From Escherichia phage Cyrano: a DNA stretch of 64,000 nucleotides. The notes below the pieces were generated by a model. It was not told the origin of the DNA. It worked only from the letters and a program-made list of their open reading frames with translations, and did no database searches. The DNA is taken from sequence record OV696614; one strand, given 5' to 3'. This document shows, piece by piece, positions 10,194 through 20,213 of this stretch. How positions within the stretch are numbered: the stretch's first letter is position 1; each line of letters starts with the position of its first letter. Made by a program: the position numbers and the translations under genes.

Positions 10194-10574
10194 AGACTTT
10201 ATGGCCTCAACAACCTTTTGTGATGCGCCTTTCTCTTTACCGAATCGCTCGTTATATGCAGCAAGAACCTGTTTTTCGTCCTCGTTAAGAGGAGCAGTGC
10301 CTTCTTTGTATAAAAATGCTGCGAGTTCGGGTTGGCGTTCTTCCAGCACCATCATCATAAGACGACTTGGCTCAATGCCCAGTGCCAGCGCCAGCGGACG
10401 AACCTTATCGATAGGCAAAGGAATTTTGCCGCTTTTAATTAAAGAAAGGTTGTTGGCGTTTTTATACCCAATTGTTTTGGCTATCTGGGCCTGGCTCATA
10501 GGTGAGGATTCAATCAACCCTGCGATAAAAGCAGCGTAGCGACTTTCTATAAATTCAATCTTGTTATCAGACAT
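10188..10574 (-). CDS. XRE-family helix-turn-helix transcriptional regulator
   Basis: 128 aa; HTH MSQAQIAKTIGYKNANNLSLIKSGK; divergent from downstream genes. Confidence 0.7.
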   Translation of the reverse strand: MSDNKIEFIESRYAAFIAGLIESSPMSQAQIAKTIGYKNANNLSLIKSGKIPLPIDKVRPLALALGIEPSRLMMMVLEERQPELAAFLYKEGTAPLNEDEKQVLAAYNERFGKEKGASQKVVEAIKSL

Positions 10575-10606
10575 GGTTACAACCTTTGCGCGTTCAATTC
10601 TCTCTG

Positions 10607-10620
10607 GTAAGTGCTTACCG
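10607..10620. promoter_or_regulatory. Palindrome GGTAAGTGCTTACC, candidate operator
   Basis: Perfect 6-2-6 inverted repeat about 35 nt upstream of the HTH regulator start; shares core with the recurrent intergenic palindrome. Confidence 0.4.
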
Positions 10621-10825
10621 ATATTACATCAAAGGTTAGGGTTGTAAAGCTATTATCATTTTTTTCGATAGGCACTTAAAAGACCGGTTAAAGGCCATTG
10701 CACGGAGAAAAATTAGCCCAAAACAGGTAAGAAAATCAACTTGCATATGATATGAATGTATTCAGTATTGATATAAATTTTAGTAGTATTCCTTACCATA
10801 GTATAAGTTAGAATGGATTGATTGA

Positions 10826-11038
10826 ATGAACACCACTATTTCCAGCCTAATCGCTCTTGAGATCGGACACGTACAGAAATTAGTTGATGAGTGTGTAGCT
10901 GACATCCTCACCGATCTACCGAATGAGCAGATTCAGGTTGGTGTGAATGACACAACTGGATTTATATTCGAACTTAACAACAAACGCTTCACGCTTCTCA
11001 ATACCGGCTCCGGGTCTTTAGCCGTCAGAATCTGTTAA
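10826..11038 (+). CDS. hypothetical small protein
   Basis: 70-aa ORF in divergent intergenic region; weak support. Confidence 0.25.
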   Translation: MNTTISSLIALEIGHVQKLVDECVADILTDLPNEQIQVGVNDTTGFIFELNNKRFTLLNTGSGSLAVRIC

Positions 11039-11136
11039 CCCCTCTTCTCCCTGCGCGAATGGCTTAGTTCCCTGTTCGCGCAGTGCTACATTAAACACAC
11101 TAGTAAATAATTTGTTTTCATAACAAAGGATTAGCC

Positions 11137-13245
11137 ATGTCTAAAAAACGTTCCATCAAAGAGGTTCAGGACTTCCGTGACAGTGTAAAACGAGTAGTCG
11201 CTCTCCTTTCAGGTAAAAACATCCCTGTTGCAGAACGAGGGGACGACGCTTATGTACGCTATAACGATGATGGAGAGCCAATTCTCGTAAACATCCCATC
11301 AATCCCGGATAACGCAACACCGGCATTGATGAATGCTGTGCGCGGATTTCTCGATCATGAGGTTGCTCACATTTTGTTTACCGATATTCGTGTGTCCAAC
11401 AAAATGAGAGAAAAAGGACGCGTTCCTTCCTGGTCGCTATGGAATGCCTTAGAAGACGTGTTCATCGAGCGAAAAATGGGTCAGGTCTTTAACGGAACAA
11501 GACGTAATCTGATGGCAACTCAGCGCCTTATTATCGAAAAAGTCTTTAAACCAAAGGCTTCAGAGGCTATTGCTTATTGTGGCAAAGATCAGCGCGCGCT
11601 TTTTCTAAACTTCTTTCTCTGTCCGGTTGTAAGAGCCTGGGATGGCCAAGCACCGTTCGTAGATTTCATGGATGAATATTGGCCTGTCATTGAGAAACCA
11701 ATTTCATTATTAAAAGAACATGGTATCGATGTGGCCGTGCGTAACATGTCTTGCACCGAGGATTGTGTAAAGGTGGCTGCGACCATAGCTAAGATCCTCA
11801 AAGACACTGAAAGTGAAAGCAACGGTAAGGAGTCAGCTCCGGGAAAAACTTCCGATCCTTCAGACGCTGACCAGACGGATGCCTCTGGAGAAAACAATGA
11901 AGATAACGAAGATCATGAGACACCCTCAGCGTTAGATAATCACAAATCTATCAAATCAGAATCACACAATAAGCACAAACATGATAATAATGACAGTGAT
12001 GATTTAGATAATTCTGAATCATCAGAAACAATATTCGATGATACAGAAAATGATAAAGAGGTATCAGATTCTGATGCTTCTGATAACGCGGCGTCAGAAT
12101 CATTAACCGCTGACCACGAAAAAAGAAAAACGACAGAAGACGGCTCTTCAGATATTCCAACTCCGTCAAAAATGAGTCTGGAAGAGGCTTTAGAGGAGCT
12201 GGATAGCATAGAAGATGAAGTCGGAGGCATGACAGAAGATGCTCTATCCGAAACGATTAAAAGCGAGTTAACAGAAAGCTCGAAAAGCGAATACAGGCCA
12301 TACAATCGCTCATACGACTTCATCGGCTCGATTGATCAGGCAGAAGCCCATATCAAACGGCTTATTAAAACATTCTCCGATATTGATTTAGGAGGATGTC
12401 CAATCAGCCGCTATCGCATCGTTCCTGAAGGCAACCAGCTCTTCGACAAATATATTGAAAAGCATCTTTCGTCAGGTGTTTCGTCGACGCTGGCAAAAGA
12501 CCTGGAGCGAGCAATAGCAAGCAGAAACAGAGTTCAGTTTATACCGGGCCAGCGTCGGGGGCGCATTCATGGTTCTAGTATCTACAGATTAGCAATGAAT
12601 GATGATCGCGTGTTTCGTAAAAAAGAAGAATCTAAAGCCGTTAACGCCTGTGTTCAACAAGTGATTGATTTATCAGGTTCAATGAGGGGTATAACGATAC
12701 AATTGGCTCTTGCAAGTGCATATACCATCGCCGATGCCCTTGATCGAATAAATGTTCCCAACATTATCACCGGCTTCACTACATTTGGTAGTCATATGGC
12801 GGCAGGAGAACTTAAGGCTGTCAAGTATGAGTTCTCTCGCTTTGAATCTTTAATGCTACCTATCATCAAAAATTGGAATGAAAAGGTAAATTCTCGCGAA
12901 GTTCGCTCACGTATGGGGTGCGTAGGCTACACATTCCCACTTCTTAATAACGTGGATGGTGAAAGCATAGCCAGCCTTGCATCGTTATTTTCCGGTCGCA
13001 TGGAGGACAGGAAGATCATGCTTGTTCTGAGCGATGGCGAGCCGTGGGCTGTTGGGAGAGGTTTTGACGCTCATTTGCGTTCGGTTGCGAAGCAAATTGA
13101 AACGCAGACTGACATTGATTTGATGGCAATTGGCATCATGACTGACGCACCGGAGAGATTTTACTCAAATCATGCCCTGGTAACGAGCGTTGATAGTCTT
13201 GGTTCATCTGTAGTTACTGAACTATCTCGTATCATTTTAAAGTGA
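11137..13245 (+). CDS. von Willebrand factor A domain protein (CobT-like)
   Basis: 702 aa; C-terminal vWA MIDAS motif VIDLSGSM; long acidic Ser/Asp/Glu-rich linker. Confidence 0.7.
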   Translation: MSKKRSIKEVQDFRDSVKRVVALLSGKNIPVAERGDDAYVRYNDDGEPILVNIPSIPDNATPALMNAVRGFLDHEVAHILFTDIRVSNKMREKGRVPSWSLWNALEDVFIERKMGQVFNGTRRNLMATQRLIIEKVFKPKASEAIAYCGKDQRALFLNFFLCPVVRAWDGQAPFVDFMDEYWPVIEKPISLLKEHGIDVAVRNMSCTEDCVKVAATIAKILKDTESESNGKESAPGKTSDPSDADQTDASGENNEDNEDHETPSALDNHKSIKSESHNKHKHDNNDSDDLDNSESSETIFDDTENDKEVSDSDASDNAASESLTADHEKRKTTEDGSSDIPTPSKMSLEEALEELDSIEDEVGGMTEDALSETIKSELTESSKSEYRPYNRSYDFIGSIDQAEAHIKRLIKTFSDIDLGGCPISRYRIVPEGNQLFDKYIEKHLSSGVSSTLAKDLERAIASRNRVQFIPGQRRGRIHGSSIYRLAMNDDRVFRKKEESKAVNACVQQVIDLSGSMRGITIQLALASAYTIADALDRINVPNIITGFTTFGSHMAAGELKAVKYEFSRFESLMLPIIKNWNEKVNSREVRSRMGCVGYTFPLLNNVDGESIASLASLFSGRMEDRKIMLVLSDGEPWAVGRGFDAHLRSVAKQIETQTDIDLMAIGIMTDAPERFYSNHALVTSVDSLGSSVVTELSRIILK

Positions 13246-13261
13246 ACAAAACAGCCTTAAC

Positions 13262-13284
13262 GATAAGTAACCACTTACGATAGA
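13262..13284. repeat. Intergenic palindrome family
   Basis: gataagtaaccacttacgatag just after the vWA gene stop. Confidence 0.35.
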
Positions 13285-13340
13285 TAATGATATATTTATA
13301 TAAGAAGTTGAACGCTCATTAGAAAACAAAGGAAAAACGC

Positions 13341-14576
13341 ATGACTACTACTGCACTGCAAAATGAAAAAAATCCTTCTGATTACCTTGTTTGCAAGTGG
13401 TGCGGAAAATCATTTCACTATTTTAAGTCCCATGTAGCCAATGGTAATTGCGAGGGCATTCCTGAGTCAGTAAAAGATGCCGATCCTGACACCGTACTGA
13501 AAATGTACACAACACAGTTTCCAGATGAGCCAACGCTATCGAAAAAGGCACTTGATGCAATTCAAGCTAAACGTGCCGAGCAAAAAAGCGAAATGGCCAA
13601 ATCATCTGGCGTGACCAGTAGCCCAGGCTACACAGGCACAGTTGAGTACAAGACAGATCTGGTCGCAGCTCACGAACTGCTAAATGTAACGGTGAAAGAA
13701 CTCGGAACAAAACGTGGGACGCCGCTCATGGTTAGCGTCAACGTCAATACGCCGTTTCCAGAGTTCGTTCCAGAAGTGAAGAAGGGCTACGTATATGGCG
13801 ACTTCGAACTGATCAAAGACATTTTCATGATGCTTGAACTTGGCATACCTGGCTATTTGTGGGGTCATGCAGGAACAGGCAAATCGTCATTGCCTACACA
13901 ACTATGTGCTTTGCTCAATCGTCCGTTGATCCGTGCCCAACATACAGCATCAATGGAAGAGGCACATGTTACGGGGCAAATTCTGGCGCGTGATGGCTCT
14001 ACGTATTTCGAGCCTGGCTTGCTTGCGCTCGCAATGAAGCATGGCTGGGTTTACCTCGCGGATGAATACGACTTTGCGTTTCCACAGATTCTTGGCGTGT
14101 ATCAGCCAGTGCTGGAAGGTGAAGCGTTGGTCATCAAAGAGGCGACTCCAGAATGGCGTCGCATTACTCCGCATGAACGGTTTGCTTTCATTGGCACTGG
14201 CAACACGAACGGATCTGGTGATGAAACCGGCTTGTACCAGGGTACAAACATCCAGAACGCCGCGAACTTTTCGCGTTTTGGCATCGTTTCGAATGTGAAA
14301 TACATGAGCAAAGAGGCAGAGATCAACATGTTGATAAATGCCGGTATCGTGGATGAATACGCAGAAAAGATGGTTAAGTTTGCCGGTATCGTTCGCGATG
14401 GATACGAAGAACACCTTATCAGTCAGCCAATTGGCCCTCGTGAACTTTTGTTGTCGGCCAAGATTGGAATGATGCGAGGCGACTTTGTGACAGGTATTGA
14501 GCGTTCTTTCATTAACAAACTCCCTTCAGCTTCTGCACAAGCGGCTCGTGAAGTTGTTCAAAAAATATTTGGTTGA
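13341..14576 (+). CDS. AAA+ ATPase, MoxR/CbbQ/CobS-like
   Basis: 411 aa; Walker A GHAGTGKSS, Walker B VYLADEYDFA; N-terminal Cys cluster; AAAGGAAAAACGCATG start context. Confidence 0.75.
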   Translation: MTTTALQNEKNPSDYLVCKWCGKSFHYFKSHVANGNCEGIPESVKDADPDTVLKMYTTQFPDEPTLSKKALDAIQAKRAEQKSEMAKSSGVTSSPGYTGTVEYKTDLVAAHELLNVTVKELGTKRGTPLMVSVNVNTPFPEFVPEVKKGYVYGDFELIKDIFMMLELGIPGYLWGHAGTGKSSLPTQLCALLNRPLIRAQHTASMEEAHVTGQILARDGSTYFEPGLLALAMKHGWVYLADEYDFAFPQILGVYQPVLEGEALVIKEATPEWRRITPHERFAFIGTGNTNGSGDETGLYQGTNIQNAANFSRFGIVSNVKYMSKEAEINMLINAGIVDEYAEKMVKFAGIVRDGYEEHLISQPIGPRELLLSAKIGMMRGDFVTGIERSFINKLPSASAQAAREVVQKIFG

Positions 14577-14756
14577 TCGTGCGTAAAGGATGTTTCGGCT
14601 CTCTTATCGCTGCTTCTGAAACTGGTAAGGCTTGTCTGGTATGTCCAGACAAGCCCGATTGTCACCAATCAGCAAAAGAAGTTGCGATTTCGATGTATGG
14701 GAAGTTCGTAGGCTTCCCCAATGACAAAATCAAAAAAACCATAAAGGTAAAAACAC

Positions 14757-17700
14757 ATGAAAGCACTGATGGTTCGAACTGACTTCTCACTTGGGGAGTC
14801 GGCTCTAAAAGCAGAAAACGCGGTGAAGATTGCCAGAGAAGCTGGCTACACCGCTGTAATTTCAGCAGATAGCATGAATATTGCGAGTGTTATTCCACTA
14901 CAACGTGCCGCTGGTGACGACATGGCGGTTATTTGTGGTGTGAAACTAAATATCGTTGATGATCCCACATACGAGCACCGGGCTAAACTTGCTAAAGAAT
15001 CTATGAGATGTATGGAATCATTAGAGCGGGGACGTAACTACTCGTTTACCGCTCTAATTAAAAATGAGCAAGGATATCGCGACATCTGCGAACTAATGAC
15101 GGCGGCCAACACACGAGAACAGTTCTACTTTGTACCGCGTCTCTCGCTCGAACAGTTGGTTTCTACATATGCCAAAGGCAACATCATCCTGCTTACTTCC
15201 GACATCGGTAGCGTGTTCCAACGCAACGATTTTGCAAAAATCATAAGCACACTGATTACAGCGGGTGGAAAAGACAACTTCTATAGTGTGGTTTATCCGC
15301 ACCCTACCCCATTCTACGACCAGATTAACGTCCGGGCGATGAAAGTCGCCAGCGCATTGAAAATAGAGCCAGTGGCGTTCTATCCCGCTTATTACGAATC
15401 GATCGACGATGCAGACATTAAAGACATTGCGCACATGGTTACGAACAACATCAAAATCGACCAGCCGCATCGTCTGCGTATCCCCCACCAGCGAGATAAC
15501 GCCATCAATGGTCGTCGCCATCTCCTTGAGGCGCTTAAAGCCTTCTCCGTTCGCATGGATGTGCCGGTAACAGCTGCAATGGCCTCAACAACGCAGGACT
15601 CCATTATCGATGCCTGCACATGGCGCTGGCATGAATTGCCACCAGCACTGCCCAAGATGGCAGACGACGAACCTGCAACGCTGATGAAACTGGCTGTTGC
15701 AGGGCTGCGTAAACGTCTTACCACAAAAGAGTTTGGATACACACCACCTGCTTCTGAGAACAGGGTTTATGTTGAGCGGCTAAAGTACGAAATGGACACG
15801 CTGACTCGCCTGGGATTCTGTGGTTACTTCCTGATGGTACGCGATCTGATGAATCACAGCCGTGAAACTGGCATTCCTGTCGGGCCTGGTCGTGGTTCCT
15901 CTGCCGGTTCTCTGGTGGCGTGGTGCATAGGCATAACCAACGTCGACCCAATCCGTCACGGTCTTCTGTTTGAGCGTTTCATCAACCCTGAGCGTCTCGA
16001 CTTGCCGGATGCGGACTTGGACTTCAGCCAGGCACGTCGCCATGAGGTGATCGAGTATCTGAATGAACGCTACGGCGAAGATTACGTTGCAGGCATTCCG
16101 AACTTCACCTATCTGGGCGCGGCATCTGCACTACGTGACACCGCTCGTATTTATGGTGTGGAGTCCGCAGATATGGCGGTATCAAAAGAACTGAAGAACG
16201 TCGAGGATGATAGCCTTCCATTGGAAGAGCTGCGCGAACAACTGGCAAGTCTCGACAAATACGCAACAAAATATCCTGATGCATTCAATGCAGCCTGCAA
16301 GTTACAAAGCCTTATGCGTGGCTTTGGTAGACATGCGGCAGGGATGATCGTAGCAGGTGTTCCTCTGACAGAACGTACACCGGTTGAGCGCCGTGGTGAC
16401 GCGCGTTGTATCGCATTTGACAAGCGTTACTGCGAGGCTATGGGCCTAATTAAGCTGGACGTGCTTGGCCTGGCAACTCTCGATTTGCTCGATAGTGCAA
16501 AACGCTACATCAAAGAGAGTACCGGGGAAGACATCAATCTCGACGCTATCCCACTGGACGATCGCAAGGTTCTGGATGGGTTCGCTGCAGGGTACACGCA
16601 GGGCGTATTCCAGCTGGAGTCCGGCCCCATGCGTAAGTTGCTTAAAGATCTGGGCGGTGGCATCGAGCCAATGAGCTTCAAGACCGTTGTCGCCACGACC
16701 GCACTCTTCCGACCAGGCCCGATCCAATCCGGCATGTTGGACGACTATGTCTCCGTGGCCAAAGGCTTCATGGCTCCACATTCAATTCATCCGCGTCTTG
16801 AGGAAGTCACCCGGGAGACTAATGGTGTTTTGCTCTATCAGGAACAAATCATGCAAAGTTCCCGAGTACTTGCCGGGTTCTCTATGGCCGAAGCAGACGC
16901 TCTGCGTTCCGCTATCGGTAAAAAGAACATGGATAAGATGAAAGCGATCGGCAGCGATTTTGTAGAACGAGCACAAGCAGGCTGGGTGACACTGTCACTC
17001 AAAAATGGAGGTACTGTAGAGGTTCACAAACACGCAAAACTGGATTGCTCAGACGGTAAGCGTAGAAGCTACAGCGAGGCTATTAGTGACGGCATAGACT
17101 ACGTGGAGATCGTCTCTGAACAAGAAGGTCTCAGTAAGGAAAAAGCCCAAGAAATATGGGACGCCTTTGAGAAGTTCGGTGGATATGCCTTCAACAAATC
17201 ACACAGTGTTGCTTATTCTTTAATCAGTTATCAGTCTATGTGGCTAAAGACGCACTACCCTGCTGAGTTCTTCGCAGCTGCGCTCACCATTCTGGGCGAG
17301 GATAAGCATCAGGGGCTGGTGAAGGATGCGCTGACCTATGGCATTCGCGTATTGCCACCAGACGTTAATGTGTCATCTAACCGAATTGAGATCCGCACAC
17401 TCGAAGACGGCAGTCAGGCACTGTATGCGCCATTCTCTGCTGTGAAAGGCTGTTCTGAAAATGGTTGTCAGGCAATTATGCGTGCGCGTGAGAAAGTTGG
17501 TGGCAAATTCGAGTCAGTGGCACAATTCGATGAAGCGGTCGAGAAGCGTGCATGTAACAGTCGTGTACGCGAGTCGCTTCATAAAGTAGGGGCTTTTGCG
17601 TCAATTGAGCCAGGCAGTCTGCCAGCAACTGATCCTGAACGACTGCGCGACCAGGCTGAGCTGATGGGCAATCTCATCATTGACGCTGTTAAAGCATCAC

Positions 17701-18263
17701 GTCCGTTCGAAATGAATCCTAAGCGTTCTGCCGAAATCAACGTACTCATGACACGTATGGCGGCTGAAATGGGCTTGGGTGAGGAGTTGATACGCCCGAC
17801 TATTGGTATTAAACCCAAAATCATGATCATTCTGGACAATGCGAACGGCAATGACGCTCGTACCGGCTACTTCATGGAGAACGGATACGACGACTTTAAG
17901 GCAAAACTACTGACAGTTGGAGATCTGCGCATGGGCGATCTTTATGTCACGGGTGTTTGTAAGAAGGTTAAGGACAAAGAGAAAGACTATACCAAAGACG
18001 AGATAGGCCAGTTCACAGACTTTATGCGGGAAGAAATTAATCTTGTACGACCAACCTACATTTTGACGTGTGGTAGTCGTTCAACCGCACTATTTAACAA
18101 TAAGAGTAAACCATCAGATCTGATTGGTCGTAAGGAGTACTTCCCAGAGCTTGATGCAACCGTCTTCTACGGATTTAACCCGAATATCCTGTACTTCCGA
18201 CCGGAAGAAGGAGAGCGACTGGAGGCCATTCTGGCTGATATCGCGGAGACAATAAATAAGTAA
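14757..18263 (+). CDS. dnaE: DNA polymerase III alpha subunit (DnaE-type, family C)
   Basis: 1168 aa; GPGRGSSAGSLVAWCIGIT palm motif; N-terminal PHP-like region lacks the usual His motif. Confidence 0.85.
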   Translation: MKALMVRTDFSLGESALKAENAVKIAREAGYTAVISADSMNIASVIPLQRAAGDDMAVICGVKLNIVDDPTYEHRAKLAKESMRCMESLERGRNYSFTALIKNEQGYRDICELMTAANTREQFYFVPRLSLEQLVSTYAKGNIILLTSDIGSVFQRNDFAKIISTLITAGGKDNFYSVVYPHPTPFYDQINVRAMKVASALKIEPVAFYPAYYESIDDADIKDIAHMVTNNIKIDQPHRLRIPHQRDNAINGRRHLLEALKAFSVRMDVPVTAAMASTTQDSIIDACTWRWHELPPALPKMADDEPATLMKLAVAGLRKRLTTKEFGYTPPASENRVYVERLKYEMDTLTRLGFCGYFLMVRDLMNHSRETGIPVGPGRGSSAGSLVAWCIGITNVDPIRHGLLFERFINPERLDLPDADLDFSQARRHEVIEYLNERYGEDYVAGIPNFTYLGAASALRDTARIYGVESADMAVSKELKNVEDDSLPLEELREQLASLDKYATKYPDAFNAACKLQSLMRGFGRHAAGMIVAGVPLTERTPVERRGDARCIAFDKRYCEAMGLIKLDVLGLATLDLLDSAKRYIKESTGEDINLDAIPLDDRKVLDGFAAGYTQGVFQLESGPMRKLLKDLGGGIEPMSFKTVVATTALFRPGPIQSGMLDDYVSVAKGFMAPHSIHPRLEEVTRETNGVLLYQEQIMQSSRVLAGFSMAEADALRSAIGKKNMDKMKAIGSDFVERAQAGWVTLSLKNGGTVEVHKHAKLDCSDGKRRSYSEAISDGIDYVEIVSEQEGLSKEKAQEIWDAFEKFGGYAFNKSHSVAYSLISYQSMWLKTHYPAEFFAAALTILGEDKHQGLVKDALTYGIRVLPPDVNVSSNRIEIRTLEDGSQALYAPFSAVKGCSENGCQAIMRAREKVGGKFESVAQFDEAVEKRACNSRVRESLHKVGAFASIEPGSLPATDPERLRDQAELMGNLIIDAVKASRPFEMNPKRSAEINVLMTRMAAEMGLGEELIRPTIGIKPKIMIILDNANGNDARTGYFMENGYDDFKAKLLTVGDLRMGDLYVTGVCKKVKDKEKDYTKDEIGQFTDFMREEINLVRPTYILTCGSRSTALFNNKSKPSDLIGRKEYFPELDATVFYGFNPNILYFRPEEGERLEAILADIAETINK

Positions 18264-18269
18264 TAAAGA

Positions 18270-18295
18270 AAACCCGCCTGTTGGCGGGTTTATAA
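18270..18295 (+). terminator. Rho-independent terminator after dnaE-like gene
   Basis: aaacccgcctgttggcgggttt hairpin then T-rich tail. Confidence 0.7.
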
Positions 18296-18566
18296 AGAAT
18301 TATGGCGCTTGTTGAGGAAGTCACTCCTCTTACGCACTTTGTTTTGCCATGCCGGCAGTTAGCTTCTGCCTTTGACTATTCATGCGGCAACCCCGCATTT
18401 CGCCACAATGGGCAATTCACTTTTATGGAATAAACTGGCCGTTGTGTCGATTTAATTAGCATGGCCTTACCATGCTAATTTATTCAACTTGTACAATCCT
18501 ACAAATCTATCCACTCAGGCTTACACCGTCTTCGTTATTGTAGAAATGAGGATCATCAGCGTTGAA

Positions 18567-18782
18567 TCAGCTTAGAGCAACGACATTTGCTGCTGCTGGG
18601 CCTTTAGCACCATTCTCGATAGAGAATTCGACCTGCTGGCCTTCTTCCAAAGTGCGGAAATTATTACTCTGAATTGCCGAAAAATGTACAAAAACATCTT
18701 TACTGCCATCAGCAGGAGAAATAAAGCCAAAGCCTTTATCAGAGTTAAACCATTTTACTAAACCAGTCATTTTATTAGACAT
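18567..18782 (-). CDS. cold-shock protein, CspA family
   Basis: Start moved to internal ATG giving about 70 aa: [30 protein letters not shown] (RNP1/RNP2 motifs). Confidence 0.85.
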   Translation of the reverse strand: MSNKMTGLVKWFNSDKGFGFISPADGSKDVFVHFSAIQSNNFRTLEEGQQVEFSIENGAKGPAAANVVALS

Positions 18783-19111
18783 AGATATTACCTTCTTAAT
18801 TTTGTGAGCCACATAGTGCGGCGAGAATTTGATCTGTATAGATTGGGACTTACTTAGGCACTTAAGGAGGAGACTCACGAAGAAGGGAAATCAGAAGATA
18901 ACACTGAACTGAGACTGCTTTACTAAAACTGCTTACATAAGGTCTGTCTTGCAAACCAACGATGCTATTAACGCATACCCCTTCTTTTCATGCAACCTTT
19001 ATTTTTCAAAGATAACTAATTTTTGTCACCATTGGTTTAGTAAACGTTAACGAACCAGACGATGCCAGACACCTTTACAGAGAACAGATGCCCGCCAATT
19101 GGCGGGCATCA

Positions 19112-19675
19112 TTATGCGCATTTCGCAATATCTTTGCGGCGTTTAATCAGTTTCTCCGCAATTTGCTCTATTTCGTTGAAATCTTTCGAGACGCTGTTTC
19201 GAAGCGCCAGATTCCATTTACTCAAAGTTCGGGCATTTTGGACAATTTGATCGCCCTCTTTAAGTCGTCCGTTATTCATGAGCCATTCAGCCACATCAGC
19301 CCAATCCCAGAGAGGAGACTGGCCTTTTATGCGTTGTACAGGGCAAGGGAAGTCGCCGCTTCCGCGCTTACCGTCTTTGAGCAACGCCACTGCCTGGCGA
19401 GACAGGTCTGTCAGTTCCGCGATATCGCTTAAGCCCACAAGAGCCGAGTCGACGGATTCAACAATTGCACCGATACCGGCTGATTCAATATTGTCGACCG
19501 CAGATGCGATAGCTGCATCAAGTGATTGTGCTTCGCGGTCAAATTCTACATAGACGGAGTTTCCATATGCGCAAATTAGCGCATCGTCACAGCCGTTTTG
19601 GTACAGCGCGTCTTCCAGTCCTTCCGTCTCATACGATACGCCTGAGAGCGTCAGAGTGAAGTTATAAAGCGCCAT
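19112..19675 (-). CDS. hypothetical protein with probable HTH
   Basis: Start moved to MALYNF with AAGGA RBS; central LSDIAELTDLSRQAVAL resembles an HTH. Confidence 0.4.
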   Translation of the reverse strand: MALYNFTLTLSGVSYETEGLEDALYQNGCDDALICAYGNSVYVEFDREAQSLDAAIASAVDNIESAGIGAIVESVDSALVGLSDIAELTDLSRQAVALLKDGKRGSGDFPCPVQRIKGQSPLWDWADVAEWLMNNGRLKEGDQIVQNARTLSKWNLALRNSVSKDFNEIEQIAEKLIKRRKDIAKCA

Positions 19676-19735
19676 AGTTTTCCTTTGAAGATAGTTGGAC
19701 AGTTTCTGCAAAAGGCGGCTAATGCCGCCTTGAAA

Positions 19736-19960
19736 TCATTTACAACGATCAACCATTCGTTTGATCTGTTTGGCATGGTTTTCGGGATTACCCGGAGTCG
19801 ACCATACGCTCATTTGGTGAGTTTTGTGTTCACCTTCTGGATTACCGCATCGCAGTCTGCAAAAACAATGTGCAGCACCACCAGCAGCTACCCAGATCCA
19901 GCCTTTACTTAATGCATAGTCAATGGCTGCTTGAATATGCTTATTCGGATGTTGCTTCAT
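19736..19960 (-). CDS. hypothetical small Cys/His-rich protein
   Basis: 74 aa, upstream of and co-directional with 19112-19675. Confidence 0.35.
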   Translation of the reverse strand: MKQHPNKHIQAAIDYALSKGWIWVAAGGAAHCFCRLRCGNPEGEHKTHQMSVWSTPGNPENHAKQIKRMVDRCK

Positions 19961-20213
19961 TCGCCTCAGATAATAGTATTCTATTCACAGTGTTGACATC
20001 TGTCAACGGCGACTGAATTTCATCCGTTCATGCCACACCCCATCCATCTCATGTATGTGACCTAAAGATGGTCAGCACAGCTTACCAAAATAAGACAACT
20101 AATTATCTTCGGTGATCTCAATATCTTCCCCTGAACAAAGTTGACATGACGCCATAAACCCGTTCTCTGTTTGATATAATTGATACAGATTTTATAAGTA
20201 GGAACCTATTAGA

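Noticed and set aside
19112-19960. Possible hicAB-like toxin-antitoxin pair (small Cys/His-rich protein followed by HTH protein)
   Set aside because: Gene order and sizes fit a TA module, but I could not match either protein to HicA/HicB or another toxin family from sequence alone; kept as hypothetical proteins.
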